The notes under the pieces were generated by a model, which was given only the letters and a program-made list of their open reading frames with translations, was not told the origin of the DNA and ran no database searches. A stretch of DNA of 64,000 nt, taken from contig CAKZPE010000016.1 of assembly GCA_937138495.1 (NCBI GenBank), forward strand, positions 7,977 to 71,976. Reading direction: 5' to 3'. Source of the stretch: an uncultured Oceanospirillaceae bacterium (GTDB lineage Bacteria > Pseudomonadota > Gammaproteobacteria > Pseudomonadales > Balneatricaceae). Numbering within the stretch: position 1 is the first letter of the stretch; the number at the start of each line of letters is the position of its first letter. Below are positions 1-10,189 of this stretch, piece by piece. The position numbers and the translations under genes were made by a program.

Positions 1-57
1 CCGCCACTTGATGACCGGATCGCAGCACTGCAGAAATAACCCTTTACAGCGACACTG

Positions 58-96
58 CCAGCCCTGTTTTTACCTGAAAAGCAGGGCTTTTTTATT
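58..96 (+). terminator. Intrinsic terminator of a gene ending upstream of the window
   Basis: Stem AGCCCTG (60-66) pairs with CAGGGCT (82-88), followed by a T-run (TTTTTTATT). Confidence 0.5.
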
Positions 97-286
97 GCTA
101 CAAAAACAGGCGATACCTCCCATTGAATTATTCTTTCAACGAATATCACGTCATACTTTAATAAGAAAAAGTTCTTTAACCTCTCCCCGAACTTTGTTCC
201 ATAATCAGATAAGACTTACTGAGCCACGCCAAATTCGGCTGATGGTATTTTCACCAGCTATCGGACTTTAGCCGAGGTTTTTTAGC

Positions 287-466
287 ATGAATGAAAAAAC
301 TGCTATCGAAGAAGAACTGGACATCACAGATGCCAATTCAGAAGACACTGAACTGTCGACCGCTGAACAGAAATTTTGCCCGGACACAGAAAAGCGTCGC
401 CGCATAGAAGCCATGCGCGAACAACGTGAACTGGAACGGGAGCTAAGGGAATTCTTTGATGACTAG
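287..466 (+). CDS. Small acidic protein (59 aa), paralog of 599..799
   Basis: ATG at 287 with GAGG about 9 nt upstream. It falls below the ORF-track length cutoff. Translation: MNEKTAIEEELDITDANSEDTELSTAEQKFCPDTEKRRRIEAMREQRELERELREFFDD. The C-terminal block aligns with the next ORF. Confidence 0.5.
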   Translation: MNEKTAIEEELDITDANSEDTELSTAEQKFCPDTEKRRRIEAMREQRELERELREFFDD

Positions 467-598
467 TGCTTTCCGGAAAGAAGCACCCTGATTCAAATCG
501 TCACGTTTCGGTCATACAAGCGTCATAAAAACGCGGTTTTATATGCTTAAGACAGCACTGAGGTGCTGCAGACAATAAGCGACAGAACCCAGCGGAAC

Positions 599-799
599 AT
601 GAACGTTATGAGCAGCAAAATTCGTCTTGAAGACCTATCCGGCGACACCCTTGAAGATTTGGACAACAGCGTCTTTGGTGAAAACAGGCAACCGCGACCT
701 AAAAAAGCCAAACCAAAGCGCAAACGTCAAATGATTGAGGACTACATGGAAGAACGCCAGCTAAAACGGCGCCTTAGCGACGGGTTTGAATGGGCCTGA
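599..799 (+). CDS. Small protein (66 aa), paralog of 287..466
   Basis: The track ORF 563..799 begins at a GTG; the in-frame ATG at 599 (MNVMSSKIRLEDL...) is more plausible. It has an acidic N-terminus, a Lys/Arg patch, then RKRQMIEDYMEERQLKRRLSDGF, matching KRRRIEAMREQRELERELREFF of the upstream ORF. Confidence 0.55.
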   Translation: MNVMSSKIRLEDLSGDTLEDLDNSVFGENRQPRPKKAKPKRKRQMIEDYMEERQLKRRLSDGFEWA

Positions 800-842
800 A
801 TAAACATTCAGCCCCACACTCAGAAAGACACGAAAGCAGCGC

Positions 843-3122
843 TCAGCGCTGCTTTATTCTGTCTGCAATCCGGCTGCGCTGAGCACTGCGGGCCTTAGCA
901 CCGCTCGCCACTTTCGCCGCTGGCTTTTGCTTATTAGCGGCTTTTTTCTGGGCAGATTTCTTCTTCGCCTTAACCGCCTGAGGTGTTACCGGCTGATAAC
1001 CCTTTGAAGCCTGAGCCCGGTCCGCAGTAGCAGCTTTAGATCCCTGACGGTTTTTAGCAACCTCTTCTTCCGCCACCAGACACTCCTTGCCCCGGCCAAT
1101 TAATTCTGAGCGCCCCATTTCCTTCAGCTTAGCCCGCAGCTGAGGCCAGTTTTCCTTGTCGTGATAACGCAGCAGGGTTTTATGGGCTTTACGCTGCTCG
1201 GTCTGCTTAGGGATATACATCCGGTCACTTTTATAAGTCACCTGCTTCAGCGGATTCTTTTCTGAGTGATACATCGCCGTCGCCAGCGACATCGGAGACG
1301 GATAAAAAGTCTGAACCTGATCCACTTTAAGATCGTTATCTTTCAGCCACAGCGACAGACTCAGCATATCCTCGTCATCACACCCGGGATGGGCCGCAAT
1401 GAAATACGGAATCAGATACTGCTTTTTACCCGCTTCCCGAGAGAAACGGTCAAACATATTTTTGAAGTCATAATAGGTATCCATGCCCGGCTTCATCATC
1501 TTATTCAGGGTATTCGGCTCACTGTGCTCCGGCGCAATTTTCAGATAGCCACCCACGTGATAAGTCACCAGCTCTTTTACATATTCAGGATCACGCACCG
1601 CCAGGTCATACCGCAGGCCGGAAGCAATCGCCACATTGTGTATCCCCTGCACCTTACGGGCCTTACGGTACAACTCAGTGGTCGGGCTGTGATCCGTATT
1701 CAGGTTCTTACAAATCGTCGGATACACACAGGAAAGTTTACGGCAGTTCGACTGAATTTCATCATCATTACAGTTGAGGAAATACATATTAGAGGTCGGA
1801 CCGCCCAGATCAGAGATCGAACCGGTAAAACCAGGTACCTTCTCTTTAATATCCTCAATCTCGTTAATGATCGACGCATGGGAACGGCTCTGAATAATCC
1901 GCCCTTCGTGCTCAGTAATCGAGCAGAAAGTACAGCCACCAAAGCATCCACGCATGATATTGATCGAAAAGCGGATCATGTCATAGGCCGGAATCTTCGC
2001 CTTACCGTACTTCGGATGCGGCACCCGCTGATACAGCAAACCAAACACGCCATCCATCTCCTCGGTGGTCAGCGGAATCGGAGGCGGATTAACCCATACT
2101 TCACGGTTACCGTGCTTCTGCATTAATGCGCGGGCGTTATGGGGATTTGACTCCTGATGCAATACCCGGGAAGCATGGGCATACAGTGCAGGATCTTTTA
2201 TGACCTTATCGAACGACGGCAGACGGATATACGTCGTATCGGCTGCCAGCTTTTCTTTACGCTTCAGGGGCATAGGTATAATTTTGACCGGCGCGGGTAT
2301 ATCCGCCAGATCATCCGGCGTACTGCCGCACGCGGTACCGGCATCACTGCCATTATCCTGGTTGCCGAAATCATATGGATTTGGCAACTTGTCGATATTG
2401 CCCGGCCAGTCAATCCGGGAAGAATCCAGCTCCACATAACCGGCTGGCGGTGCTTTACGTAAATGCACCGTACCGCGCATGCTCCAGACATCGTCCAGTG
2501 ACTTGCCTGCGGCCAGCGCATGGGAAAGATCAACAATGGCCCGCTCGGCATTGCCGTACAGCAGAATATCTGCCGTGGCATCAATCAGCACTGAACGCCG
2601 GACCTTATCACTCCAGTAATCGTACTGAGCGATCCGGCGTAAACTGGCCTCAATCCCTCCGATCACCACCGGCACATCACGGTATGCCTCTTTACAACGC
2701 TGACTGTACACAATCACTGCCCGGTCAGGACGTTTGCCACCCTCACCACCGGCGGTGTAGGCATCATCATGACGCATTCGCAGGTCAGCGGTATAACGGT
2801 TGATCATTGAATCCATATTACCGGCTGTGACCCCGTAATACAGATTGGGCTTGCCCAGTGCCATAAACGGCTCAGCACTGCGCCAGTCCGGCTGGTCAAT
2901 AATACCGACGCGGAACCCCTGCGCTTCCAGCAACCGCCCCATCACCGCCATGCCAAAGCTTGGGTGGTCTACATAGGCATCACCGGTAACAATAACAATA
3001 TCGCAGCTGTCCCAGCCAAGCTGGTCCATTTCTGCACGGCTGGTCGGCAAAAATTTCGCCGGTTTAGCGCGGTTGGCCCGGTGTCGCGGGAATGAAAAAA
3101 TATCAGGGGCGTGAATTTGCAT
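843..3122 (-). CDS. ygiQ: YgiQ-family radical SAM protein (UPF0313)
   Basis: Radical-SAM triad [18 protein letters not shown]. The N-terminus [35 protein letters not shown] is collinear with E. coli YgiQ. The ORF is open to 3188, but the ATG at 3122 (MQIHAP) fits the family N-terminus. There is a Lys/Ala-rich C-terminal tail. Confidence 0.9.
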   Translation of the reverse strand: MQIHAPDIFSFPRHRANRAKPAKFLPTSRAEMDQLGWDSCDIVIVTGDAYVDHPSFGMAVMGRLLEAQGFRVGIIDQPDWRSAEPFMALGKPNLYYGVTAGNMDSMINRYTADLRMRHDDAYTAGGEGGKRPDRAVIVYSQRCKEAYRDVPVVIGGIEASLRRIAQYDYWSDKVRRSVLIDATADILLYGNAERAIVDLSHALAAGKSLDDVWSMRGTVHLRKAPPAGYVELDSSRIDWPGNIDKLPNPYDFGNQDNGSDAGTACGSTPDDLADIPAPVKIIPMPLKRKEKLAADTTYIRLPSFDKVIKDPALYAHASRVLHQESNPHNARALMQKHGNREVWVNPPPIPLTTEEMDGVFGLLYQRVPHPKYGKAKIPAYDMIRFSINIMRGCFGGCTFCSITEHEGRIIQSRSHASIINEIEDIKEKVPGFTGSISDLGGPTSNMYFLNCNDDEIQSNCRKLSCVYPTICKNLNTDHSPTTELYRKARKVQGIHNVAIASGLRYDLAVRDPEYVKELVTYHVGGYLKIAPEHSEPNTLNKMMKPGMDTYYDFKNMFDRFSREAGKKQYLIPYFIAAHPGCDDEDMLSLSLWLKDNDLKVDQVQTFYPSPMSLATAMYHSEKNPLKQVTYKSDRMYIPKQTEQRKAHKTLLRYHDKENWPQLRAKLKEMGRSELIGRGKECLVAEEEVAKNRQGSKAATADRAQASKGYQPVTPQAVKAKKKSAQKKAANKQKPAAKVASGAKARSAQRSRIADRIKQR

Positions 3123-3272
3123 GGCGTCAGGAAACTGCTTCGTCGTAAGTAGCCGGCCATTGTCGCAGAAACTGCGACTAACGGCCAATAAACAGACCGG
3201 CTAACTGACGCCAAACCTGCACAATTAAATGTTAAACTGGCCACTTCTGAGACAACAACTGAGCCAAAATCA

Positions 3273-3443
3273 ATGAACCGTGAACGCCCAACCCCGCCCG
3301 GCGAATATGAATGCTGCGAAAGCGCCTGCTCCCCCTGCGTATGGGACACCTACTACGAAGACCTGCACGCCTGGAACGCCGAACAGAAAGCCCTGAAAGA
3401 AGCACAGGCCAAGGAATCAGAAAACGGCGACACACACGCTTAA
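3273..3443 (+). CDS. Oxidoreductase-like domain small protein (56 aa, Cys-rich)
   Basis: Not in the ORF track (under 60 aa). Translation: MNRERPTPPGEYECCESACSPCVWDTYYEDLHAWNAEQKALKEAQAKESENGDTHA. The P-x-x-P...CC-x-S-x-C-x-x-CVWD-x-Y pattern matches my memory of the Oxidored-like (PF09791-type) motif. Confidence 0.6.
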   Translation: MNRERPTPPGEYECCESACSPCVWDTYYEDLHAWNAEQKALKEAQAKESENGDTHA

Positions 3444-3450
3444 ACCGGTT

Positions 3451-4761
3451 TTAAAGCCGTTCAAATACCAACAGCGTTAACATAACCAGCAGCGACATCC
3501 CCAGCATATAGGGTAAATTCCAGCGCATAATCTGCATACCGTCGATGCCGTACTTACCCTGAATCGAGATATTCATCCCCGACAGCGGCCCTGCCGCTGA
3601 CCCCAGTGCCCAGCTGGACAAAAAGATAATCCCCAGCATGCTCTGATCCGGCTGCAATGGCATCAGTAACGGTCCGATAATCGAAATACCAATCACCGGA
3701 TGTAAACCCGATACCGCCAGCACCATGATAAATGCATAACTCAGGATTGCGGTCCAGGCATTAAACTCACTGAATGGCAGTAAAGAGCCCTGTCCGGCCA
3801 GTAAACTCTGCAGCCCAAAACTGAATACGCCGGCGGACAAAAACAACACCACCTCATTTGTCATATTCGCCAGCCGGCCCCGCACATGCTCACATAGTGG
3901 CGTTACAACTCCGCCACGGAACAGCAGAGTCAGCACACAGATCAGCGGTGCAGATAACGTGATAATAAACAGGATAGACAACTGCGGATACAGATAATGC
4001 GTAATCAGCACCGCTATCGCCAGCAGGCTCGGCAGCCACAGGCTGTTCAGCCGCAACGGATAGCCTTCAAAACGCTCCTCTGCCGACAAGCGGCGCACAG
4101 CAAAGAAGATCACCACTAATGCTGCAACGGCGAGACAGGCCCCGCTCAGCATCAGCTCAGATAACCGTGCCTGAGGTGCATACGTAAGCGCCACCCCCAT
4201 GGCAGCGAAGAACGGCGACCAGAATGCCGCCGCCGAAAATGCCCGTGTCAGAGCGACCACCTGAGCACGGCTCAGGGAACGGGACTGGGATAACCGGTCG
4301 CCGAGAATGAACAGTGCAGACAGGTTAATCACCGCACCAAAAAAATGTACGCCCAGCAAGGTTCCCAGAATCGAACGTTTGCCTGTCGGTAAAGCCTCTC
4401 CACGGGCAAGTCCCGGCTGACTCACCAACCCCAGAAAGCTCACCGCCACTAACATCGAAATCAGAGCGATATTGCCTTTTAGCAAGCCACTGAACTCAAC
4501 CGGACTGCCCAGCCAGGCACCCAGTAACGCCGCCCCGGCACCTATACCGGACAATACCAGCGCCTGCAGACGGTTTCGCCGGCTCATCGACCGCCAGGAA
4601 AGCCCGCACGCCATCCAGTAACACAGCCCCGCTATAACTAAAAAAGCTTCATGCCACATCGCCAGCGGTGTACTGATAACCCCCAGCAAGACACTGACAC
4701 CCCGCAGTCGCTGCCATGGACTGACAGTCGCAGCCCCCGCAACACTGTTACCCTGTGACAT
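3451..4761 (-). CDS. Polytopic inner-membrane protein, putative permease (family not recognised)
   Basis: 436-aa ORF with about 11-12 hydrophobic segments. I could see no diagnostic motif. Confidence 0.65.
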   Translation of the reverse strand: MSQGNSVAGAATVSPWQRLRGVSVLLGVISTPLAMWHEAFLVIAGLCYWMACGLSWRSMSRRNRLQALVLSGIGAGAALLGAWLGSPVEFSGLLKGNIALISMLVAVSFLGLVSQPGLARGEALPTGKRSILGTLLGVHFFGAVINLSALFILGDRLSQSRSLSRAQVVALTRAFSAAAFWSPFFAAMGVALTYAPQARLSELMLSGACLAVAALVVIFFAVRRLSAEERFEGYPLRLNSLWLPSLLAIAVLITHYLYPQLSILFIITLSAPLICVLTLLFRGGVVTPLCEHVRGRLANMTNEVVLFLSAGVFSFGLQSLLAGQGSLLPFSEFNAWTAILSYAFIMVLAVSGLHPVIGISIIGPLLMPLQPDQSMLGIIFLSSWALGSAAGPLSGMNISIQGKYGIDGMQIMRWNLPYMLGMSLLVMLTLLVFERL

Positions 4762-4794
4762 AAAGCCTGATCCTTAACGAAAACTGCCCTTAAC

Positions 4795-4835
4795 GAAAAA
4801 AGCCTTGCGATCCGAAGATCCGCAAGGCTTATACA
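4795..4835 (-). terminator. Intrinsic terminator downstream of slyD
   Basis: Minus strand reads AAGCCTTGCGGATCTTCGGATCGCAAGGCTT followed by TTTTTCG. The stem is perfect and GC-rich. Confidence 0.7.
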
Positions 4836-4851
4836 TTACATCTATAACCGA

Positions 4852-5334
4852 TCAGTGGTGATGACCACCGGCACCGTGTGCATGGCCGTGCTCAAGCTCT
4901 TCTTCAGAGGCATCACGCACTTCAGCCACTTCAACATCAAAGTTCAGCACTTCACCTGCCAGCGGGTGGTTACCGTCGACAGTAACAGTCTCGTCACTCA
5001 CGGCAGTTACCACAACCGGCTGCTCACCCCACGGCGTTTGCGCCATGAACTGCATACCTACTTCAATGTTATCGATACCGTCGAACAGATTACGTTCAAC
5101 TTCCTGAATCAGTTCTTCATTCGGCAGGCCGTAACCCTCTTCAGGAGACACTTCAACCTGCTGCTTGTCACCGACCTGCTTACCGGTCAGTGCATTCTCC
5201 AGACCCGGTACAATATTGCCCTTACCGTGCAGATACGCCAACGGCTCACCACCGGCAGATGAATCCAGCACCTCACCATCAGCATTCGTCAGGGTGTAAT
5301 GAATCAGAACAACTTTATTGTCAGCAACTTGCAT
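4852..5334 (-). CDS. slyD: FKBP-type peptidyl-prolyl cis-trans isomerase SlyD
   Basis: Collinear with E. coli SlyD (LHGKGNIVPGLE, VDGNHPLAGEVLNFDVEV). Short His-rich C-terminus HGHAHGAGGHHH. Confidence 0.9.
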   Translation of the reverse strand: MQVADNKVVLIHYTLTNADGEVLDSSAGGEPLAYLHGKGNIVPGLENALTGKQVGDKQQVEVSPEEGYGLPNEELIQEVERNLFDGIDNIEVGMQFMAQTPWGEQPVVVTAVSDETVTVDGNHPLAGEVLNFDVEVAEVRDASEEELEHGHAHGAGGHHH

Positions 5335-5465
5335 GTTTTTTTCTCACTTATAAGGACAAAACAGCAAAAGCGCTGCACAAGGCCTCAGAAATTAATAAAC
5401 CCGGCTATAAACAGACAACCGGCATGGAATACATAATGCCGACGCCCCCGCGCTGTTTCAAGGGC

Positions 5466-6515
5466 TTAGGAGATTTTCTCCTGAATATAATCCACCGCCA
5501 GCTCCCGGGTCAGCAGACCGGCATCCATCAACCGGCAACCCCTGCGGTTCTGGCCCGACCAGAAGGGTGAAAAGTCACCACAGCCCGCAGCCTCTGCCGC
5601 ACTGCGAAGGGGCGCAAGCGCTGCGGTTGCCTGCGGAAACGGCGGGGCATCCGGACTAACCGGCCCCAATTCCCGCATCGCACGGTTAACAACGCCCCGG
5701 GCCGGGCCACCGGAAAAGACATTGGTCAGCGCTGTATGCGCTGCAGTGTCCTGTAAGGCTGCACGGTGTAACGCAGTGGTATTAGTCTGATCACACAACA
5801 GATACACCGTTCCCATTTGCACCCCGGCCGCTCCCAGTTGCATCGCCGCCCGGATACCCGCCAGATCACAGATACCACCGGCAGCTATCACCGGCACATC
5901 TACCTCCGCCACCAGCTGCGGCAACAGGGCAAACGTACCTGACTGAGTGTCCATATCCCGGGTCAGGAAAATCCCCCGGTGGCCACCTGCTTCAAGCCCC
6001 TGGGCAATTATCGCATCCACCCCCTGATCCGCCAGCCAGCGGCCTTCCTCCAGGGTCGTCGCACTGACAATCACCTTCGCTCCGGTCGCCCTGACACGGG
6101 ATAACAAATCGGCAGCCGGCAAACCAAAATGAAAGCTCACCACTTCAGGCCGGTATTTTTCAACAACATCAGCATGCAATGCATTAAAGGGGTCACGGCC
6201 TCCGGATGCCGGCTGCGGTTCGATATTCAGCTCCTGATAGTAAGGCATCAAACGGTCCTGCCAGTGTTGCAACTGCTGATCCGTCACCGGCAATGGCTGA
6301 TGGGCAAAAAAATTCATATTAACCGGCCGGTCACTCGCACTGCGGATTACATCCATTTCCGCAGCCATTGCTTCCGGCGTCAGCATTGCACAGGGCAAGG
6401 ATCCCAACCCACCGGCATTGCTGACTGCCACCGCCAGTGCGCTGCCCTGAACACCCGCCATTGGCGCCTGAATAACCGGTAACTCAATACCCAACAAATC
6501 ACGGATATCAGCCAT
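5466..6515 (-). CDS. Nitronate monooxygenase (2-nitropropane dioxygenase family, FMN-dependent)
   Basis: N-terminal LGIELPVIQAPMAGV...GGLGSL and the internal AGGHRG / AAGGI motifs are typical of the NMO family. Confidence 0.85.
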   Translation of the reverse strand: MADIRDLLGIELPVIQAPMAGVQGSALAVAVSNAGGLGSLPCAMLTPEAMAAEMDVIRSASDRPVNMNFFAHQPLPVTDQQLQHWQDRLMPYYQELNIEPQPASGGRDPFNALHADVVEKYRPEVVSFHFGLPAADLLSRVRATGAKVIVSATTLEEGRWLADQGVDAIIAQGLEAGGHRGIFLTRDMDTQSGTFALLPQLVAEVDVPVIAAGGICDLAGIRAAMQLGAAGVQMGTVYLLCDQTNTTALHRAALQDTAAHTALTNVFSGGPARGVVNRAMRELGPVSPDAPPFPQATAALAPLRSAAEAAGCGDFSPFWSGQNRRGCRLMDAGLLTRELAVDYIQEKIS

Positions 6516-6726
6516 CTGTCGTGCTCCTCTCTGCTGTCAGTTTCAGGCCGTAAGCATTGCACAGCAACTGAATGGCAACAACCGGCCAACAACCGCGTAT
6601 CGTCAGTACCAGCCCCACCATCACCGTTAGCAAAAAGCCTGCAGATCCGCTAAGCTGCGAGCCTTTAGCCTTAGCGGCTACATTCATCTGCCAACCACGT
6701 GACAATCACGGAATCTGAAGCCTCTT

Positions 6727-8079
6727 ATGTCATTTGAAAAACTGGGTCTCAATGACACCCTGCTCGCAACGCTTAATGCCCTTAACTTTACGGCCGCAAC
6801 GCCCGTTCAGAAACAGGCAATCCCGCTGATTTTGCAGGGAAAGGATGTACTGGCAGCGGCTCAGACAGGCACCGGTAAAACCGCCGCCTTTGCCCTGCCG
6901 ATGCTGCATACCCTCAGTAACAGACAGGCGCTGCCAAACCGGCCTCTGGCGCTGATTCTGGTTCCGACACGGGAACTGGCCACCCAGGTAGCCAGTAATA
7001 TTGAACAGCTGGATAACGGCACCGTTCGCTGCGCCATTCTGATTGGTGGCGTGCCCCGCGAACCACAAACAGAAGCGCTAAAAAAAGGTGTTGAGGTACT
7101 CATTGCCACCCCCGGCCGCTTGCTGGATCTTTACCTGCAGAGCGCTGTCAGTTTTGAACAGACAGACTATCTGGTGCTGGACGAGGCAGACCGCATGCTG
7201 GATCTGGGTTTCAGCCCGGAAATTACCCGGATATTTGATGCCCTGCCATCAAAACGCCAAACCCTGCTGTTCTCAGCCACCTTCAGTGATGCCATCCGAG
7301 AACTGGCCAGACAGCGGCTGAATACGCCTGCTGAAATATCTGTCAGCCCGGCAAACAGCGCCGCCCGAACCGTTAAACACTGGCTGTACAGTACCGATAA
7401 AAAACGTAAAGCAGAGCTGCTCACCGAACTGATTCAGACGGAACGCTGGCGACAGACTCTGGTCTTTACCAAAACTAAAAAGGGAGCCGACGCCCTTGGC
7501 CGAACCCTGCATGAAGCCGGCATCAACTGCGCGGTGATTCACAGTGACCGTAACCAGCAGGCCCGGGATAAAGCCCTGAACTCATTTCAGTCCGGCAGGG
7601 TCTGGGTATTAATCGCCACCGACGTTGCTTCCCGCGGGCTGGACATTGAGCACCTGCAACAGGTGGTTAATTTTGATCTGCCCGTACAGGCCGAAGATTA
7701 TATTCACCGGATCGGCCGTACCGGTCGGGCCGGCAAACAGGGACAAGCTATTTCTCTGGTCAGTGCTGACGAATTCCCGCAACTTCAGGCCATCGAACAA
7801 CTGCTGGGGAAAAACATTGAACGGCGAGAAGTTGCAGGCTATGAAGCTGATCACCGCCTGCCCCTGTTTAGCAAATCAACAGCAGCCAAAAAGCCTGACG
7901 TCAGACAACAGCCCCCCCGTCACGGAAAAAAGCAGGCTAACACACCCACCAATAAGCAAACCTCAGGCAAAAAAGCCCAGGGGAAAGATAACCGTCAGGG
8001 GAAGAAAACACAGCCTGCGGAGAAAACCCTGCAGGGAAAAACAACAAAACGGCCGCGACCAAGCTTCAGTAAACGCTGA
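6727..8079 (+). CDS. rhlE: DEAD-box ATP-dependent RNA helicase (RhlE-like)
   Basis: Q-motif, AQTGTGKTAAF, DEAD, SAT and HRIGRTGRAG motifs are present. Basic Lys/Gln-rich C-terminal tail. Confidence 0.9.
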   Translation: MSFEKLGLNDTLLATLNALNFTAATPVQKQAIPLILQGKDVLAAAQTGTGKTAAFALPMLHTLSNRQALPNRPLALILVPTRELATQVASNIEQLDNGTVRCAILIGGVPREPQTEALKKGVEVLIATPGRLLDLYLQSAVSFEQTDYLVLDEADRMLDLGFSPEITRIFDALPSKRQTLLFSATFSDAIRELARQRLNTPAEISVSPANSAARTVKHWLYSTDKKRKAELLTELIQTERWRQTLVFTKTKKGADALGRTLHEAGINCAVIHSDRNQQARDKALNSFQSGRVWVLIATDVASRGLDIEHLQQVVNFDLPVQAEDYIHRIGRTGRAGKQGQAISLVSADEFPQLQAIEQLLGKNIERREVAGYEADHRLPLFSKSTAAKKPDVRQQPPRHGKKQANTPTNKQTSGKKAQGKDNRQGKKTQPAEKTLQGKTTKRPRPSFSKR

Positions 8080-8139
8080 TCAGCCTGTCAGGCCTGAGAA
8101 AACAGGCATGTGAAAACAAGCCTGAGAAATAAGCAGTCC

Positions 8140-10047
8140 TCAGGCAATTGCCATCTGCTCATCATTAACGGCTGCAGAGACCCCTTCCAGGTGAGCAGCG
8201 GCGAACTCCAGCGCAGGCACCGGGCGGCCATACAGATACCCCTGCCCACAGTCACAGCCTTCTTCCAGAATGAAATCATTCTGTTCCTGGGTTTCAATGC
8301 CCTCAGCAATGACATTCAGATTGAGCTTTCTGGCCATCGCAATAATCGCCCGGGCCAACTCCCGGTCCTGCTCACTGTTATCCAGATGAGCAATAAATGC
8401 CCGGTCAATCTTCAGGGTATCAAAGGCATATTTTTGCAAATAACTCAGGGATGCATAGCCGGTACCGAAATCATCCAGTGAGACACCCACACCAATGCGC
8501 TTCAGAGCATTAATCACACGGGTAGCCTGATACTCATCCTGCATCAGCACCCCTTCGGTAATTTCCAGCTCCAGCATATTCGGTGGCAATTCAAATTCAG
8601 TTAACAGATCTGCCACATACCGCACCAGCCCGGTATCCCGGAACTGCACCGGCGAAATATTCACCGCCATTCGCATGGGGTAGTTATACAACCGGTACCA
8701 GCTGGAAATCTGCTCAATGGCGGTGCGCAATACAAAATTGCCGATATCACTGATCTGGCCATTACGTTCAGCCAGGCTGATAAACTGATCCGGCCGGACC
8801 TGCCCGAGTACCGGATTAAACCAGCGCAACAGCGCCTCAGCACCAATCAGCCGGCGGCCATCCGTCGCAATCAGTGGCTGAAAATGCAGACTGAACTCTT
8901 TATTCTTAAGTGCATCAACCAGGTGGGACTCAAGCCGACAGCGTTCATCCAGCGCCAGCTGCATACTGTCGGTGAAAAATGTGTAAGCACTGCCAGAGAC
9001 CTTACCCAGGTTCATCGCCGCACCGGCCTTCTTCAACAGGGTTGAAGCATCTGGCCCGTCTGTCGGAGACATGGCCAGGCCCATTTTGATCGGCACTGTA
9101 ATATTTTGCTGATCAATCACCAGCGGCTGATTGAGACTGTGGCTCAAACGGTTCGCCAGCCGGACGCTCAGCTCTTCGATCCGCGTCGTCACCAGCAACA
9201 CCACAAACTCATTACCCGTCACCCGCGCCACATAAAAATTACCGGACAAATCATGACGCAGCCGGTCACTGACGGTCTGCAGAATCTGATCTCCTACCAG
9301 ATACCCGTAACTGTCATTGATGGTTTTAAAGTTCTGCAGGCCAATATACAAAACGGCAAACGGCTGACCGGCATTGACCGACAGAATATGTTCCATATGG
9401 CTGAGCAGTGCCGCCCGGTTTGGCAGCCCTGTTAATGCATCGTAACGCTGCACATATTCCAGCGTCTGTGCCATGGAGGCCCGGTTATCGACTTCGTGGG
9501 AAAGCTGATCGCGTAAACTGATGAGCTCCTGCTGCTGCTTTTCATGCAACTGAGTAAGGACGTCATTGGCCGCTTCAAGCCGGGCCTGTCGGGCCATGCT
9601 CTCTAAATCAGCTTCTATGGTTTTCTGGAATTTAGCCAGCAGACCGCGAATATTATCGGCGTAATGATTTTCCTGACTGTCCAGCACACAGATGGTGCCA
9701 AACAACTCCCCACAGGACCAGTACAGCGGTAATCCATAATAAGATACCATGCCATGCATTTCTGCCAGACACGTCTGCCAGTCAGGATGCTGGGCAATGT
9801 CGGCAACATGCAACGGGTTTTCATGACGCACGAATGTCTGTATCAGACGCCCTGCCTCATCCCGGTTACCTTTGCTGAACGGGTTAGTCAGGTTGTCACT
9901 GGCAACAAACACTTCCTGTTGCTCACCCTGCTCCCGGATAATCAGCACCGCCGGTATACTGGCAATCTCAGCAACCAGATCAACGGTTTGCTGCCAGCCC
10001 GCCAGGATAGAATCAGGTACTTCCGCTGTTCTTATATCAACCGACAT
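8140..10047 (-). CDS. GAF-like sensor / degenerate GGDEF / EAL c-di-GMP phosphodiesterase
   Basis: EAL-domain motifs are intact: EALLRW, DDFGTGYASLSYL, KIDRAFI, EGIET, QGYLYGRP. The GGDEF signature is replaced by TGNEF (9205-9219). Confidence 0.85.
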   Translation of the reverse strand: MSVDIRTAEVPDSILAGWQQTVDLVAEIASIPAVLIIREQGEQQEVFVASDNLTNPFSKGNRDEAGRLIQTFVRHENPLHVADIAQHPDWQTCLAEMHGMVSYYGLPLYWSCGELFGTICVLDSQENHYADNIRGLLAKFQKTIEADLESMARQARLEAANDVLTQLHEKQQQELISLRDQLSHEVDNRASMAQTLEYVQRYDALTGLPNRAALLSHMEHILSVNAGQPFAVLYIGLQNFKTINDSYGYLVGDQILQTVSDRLRHDLSGNFYVARVTGNEFVVLLVTTRIEELSVRLANRLSHSLNQPLVIDQQNITVPIKMGLAMSPTDGPDASTLLKKAGAAMNLGKVSGSAYTFFTDSMQLALDERCRLESHLVDALKNKEFSLHFQPLIATDGRRLIGAEALLRWFNPVLGQVRPDQFISLAERNGQISDIGNFVLRTAIEQISSWYRLYNYPMRMAVNISPVQFRDTGLVRYVADLLTEFELPPNMLELEITEGVLMQDEYQATRVINALKRIGVGVSLDDFGTGYASLSYLQKYAFDTLKIDRAFIAHLDNSEQDRELARAIIAMARKLNLNVIAEGIETQEQNDFILEEGCDCGQGYLYGRPVPALEFAAAHLEGVSAAVNDEQMAIA

Positions 10048-10189
10048 ATTATGTTTAAAGGCCCACTCTCTCTTACGTTGTCATTCAAACGTAACGGCTG
10101 TTATTCAAACGCTTATTAGAACACTTATTTCCAACCGGAAAACCGCACCGCTCACCATTTTAAGGACAAGCGGTTTTCTAACTGCAGCA

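Noticed and set aside
1266-2126. 286-aa plus-strand ORF (and other ORFs at 2157-2803) inside the ygiQ region
   Set aside because: It is antisense shadow of a confidently identified radical-SAM gene. The Arg/His/Ile-rich low-complexity translation has no motifs.
3232-3435. 67-aa minus-strand track ORF
   Set aside because: It is Arg-rich with a non-coding look, and it is directly antisense to the motif-bearing 56-aa Cys-rich ORF on the plus strand.
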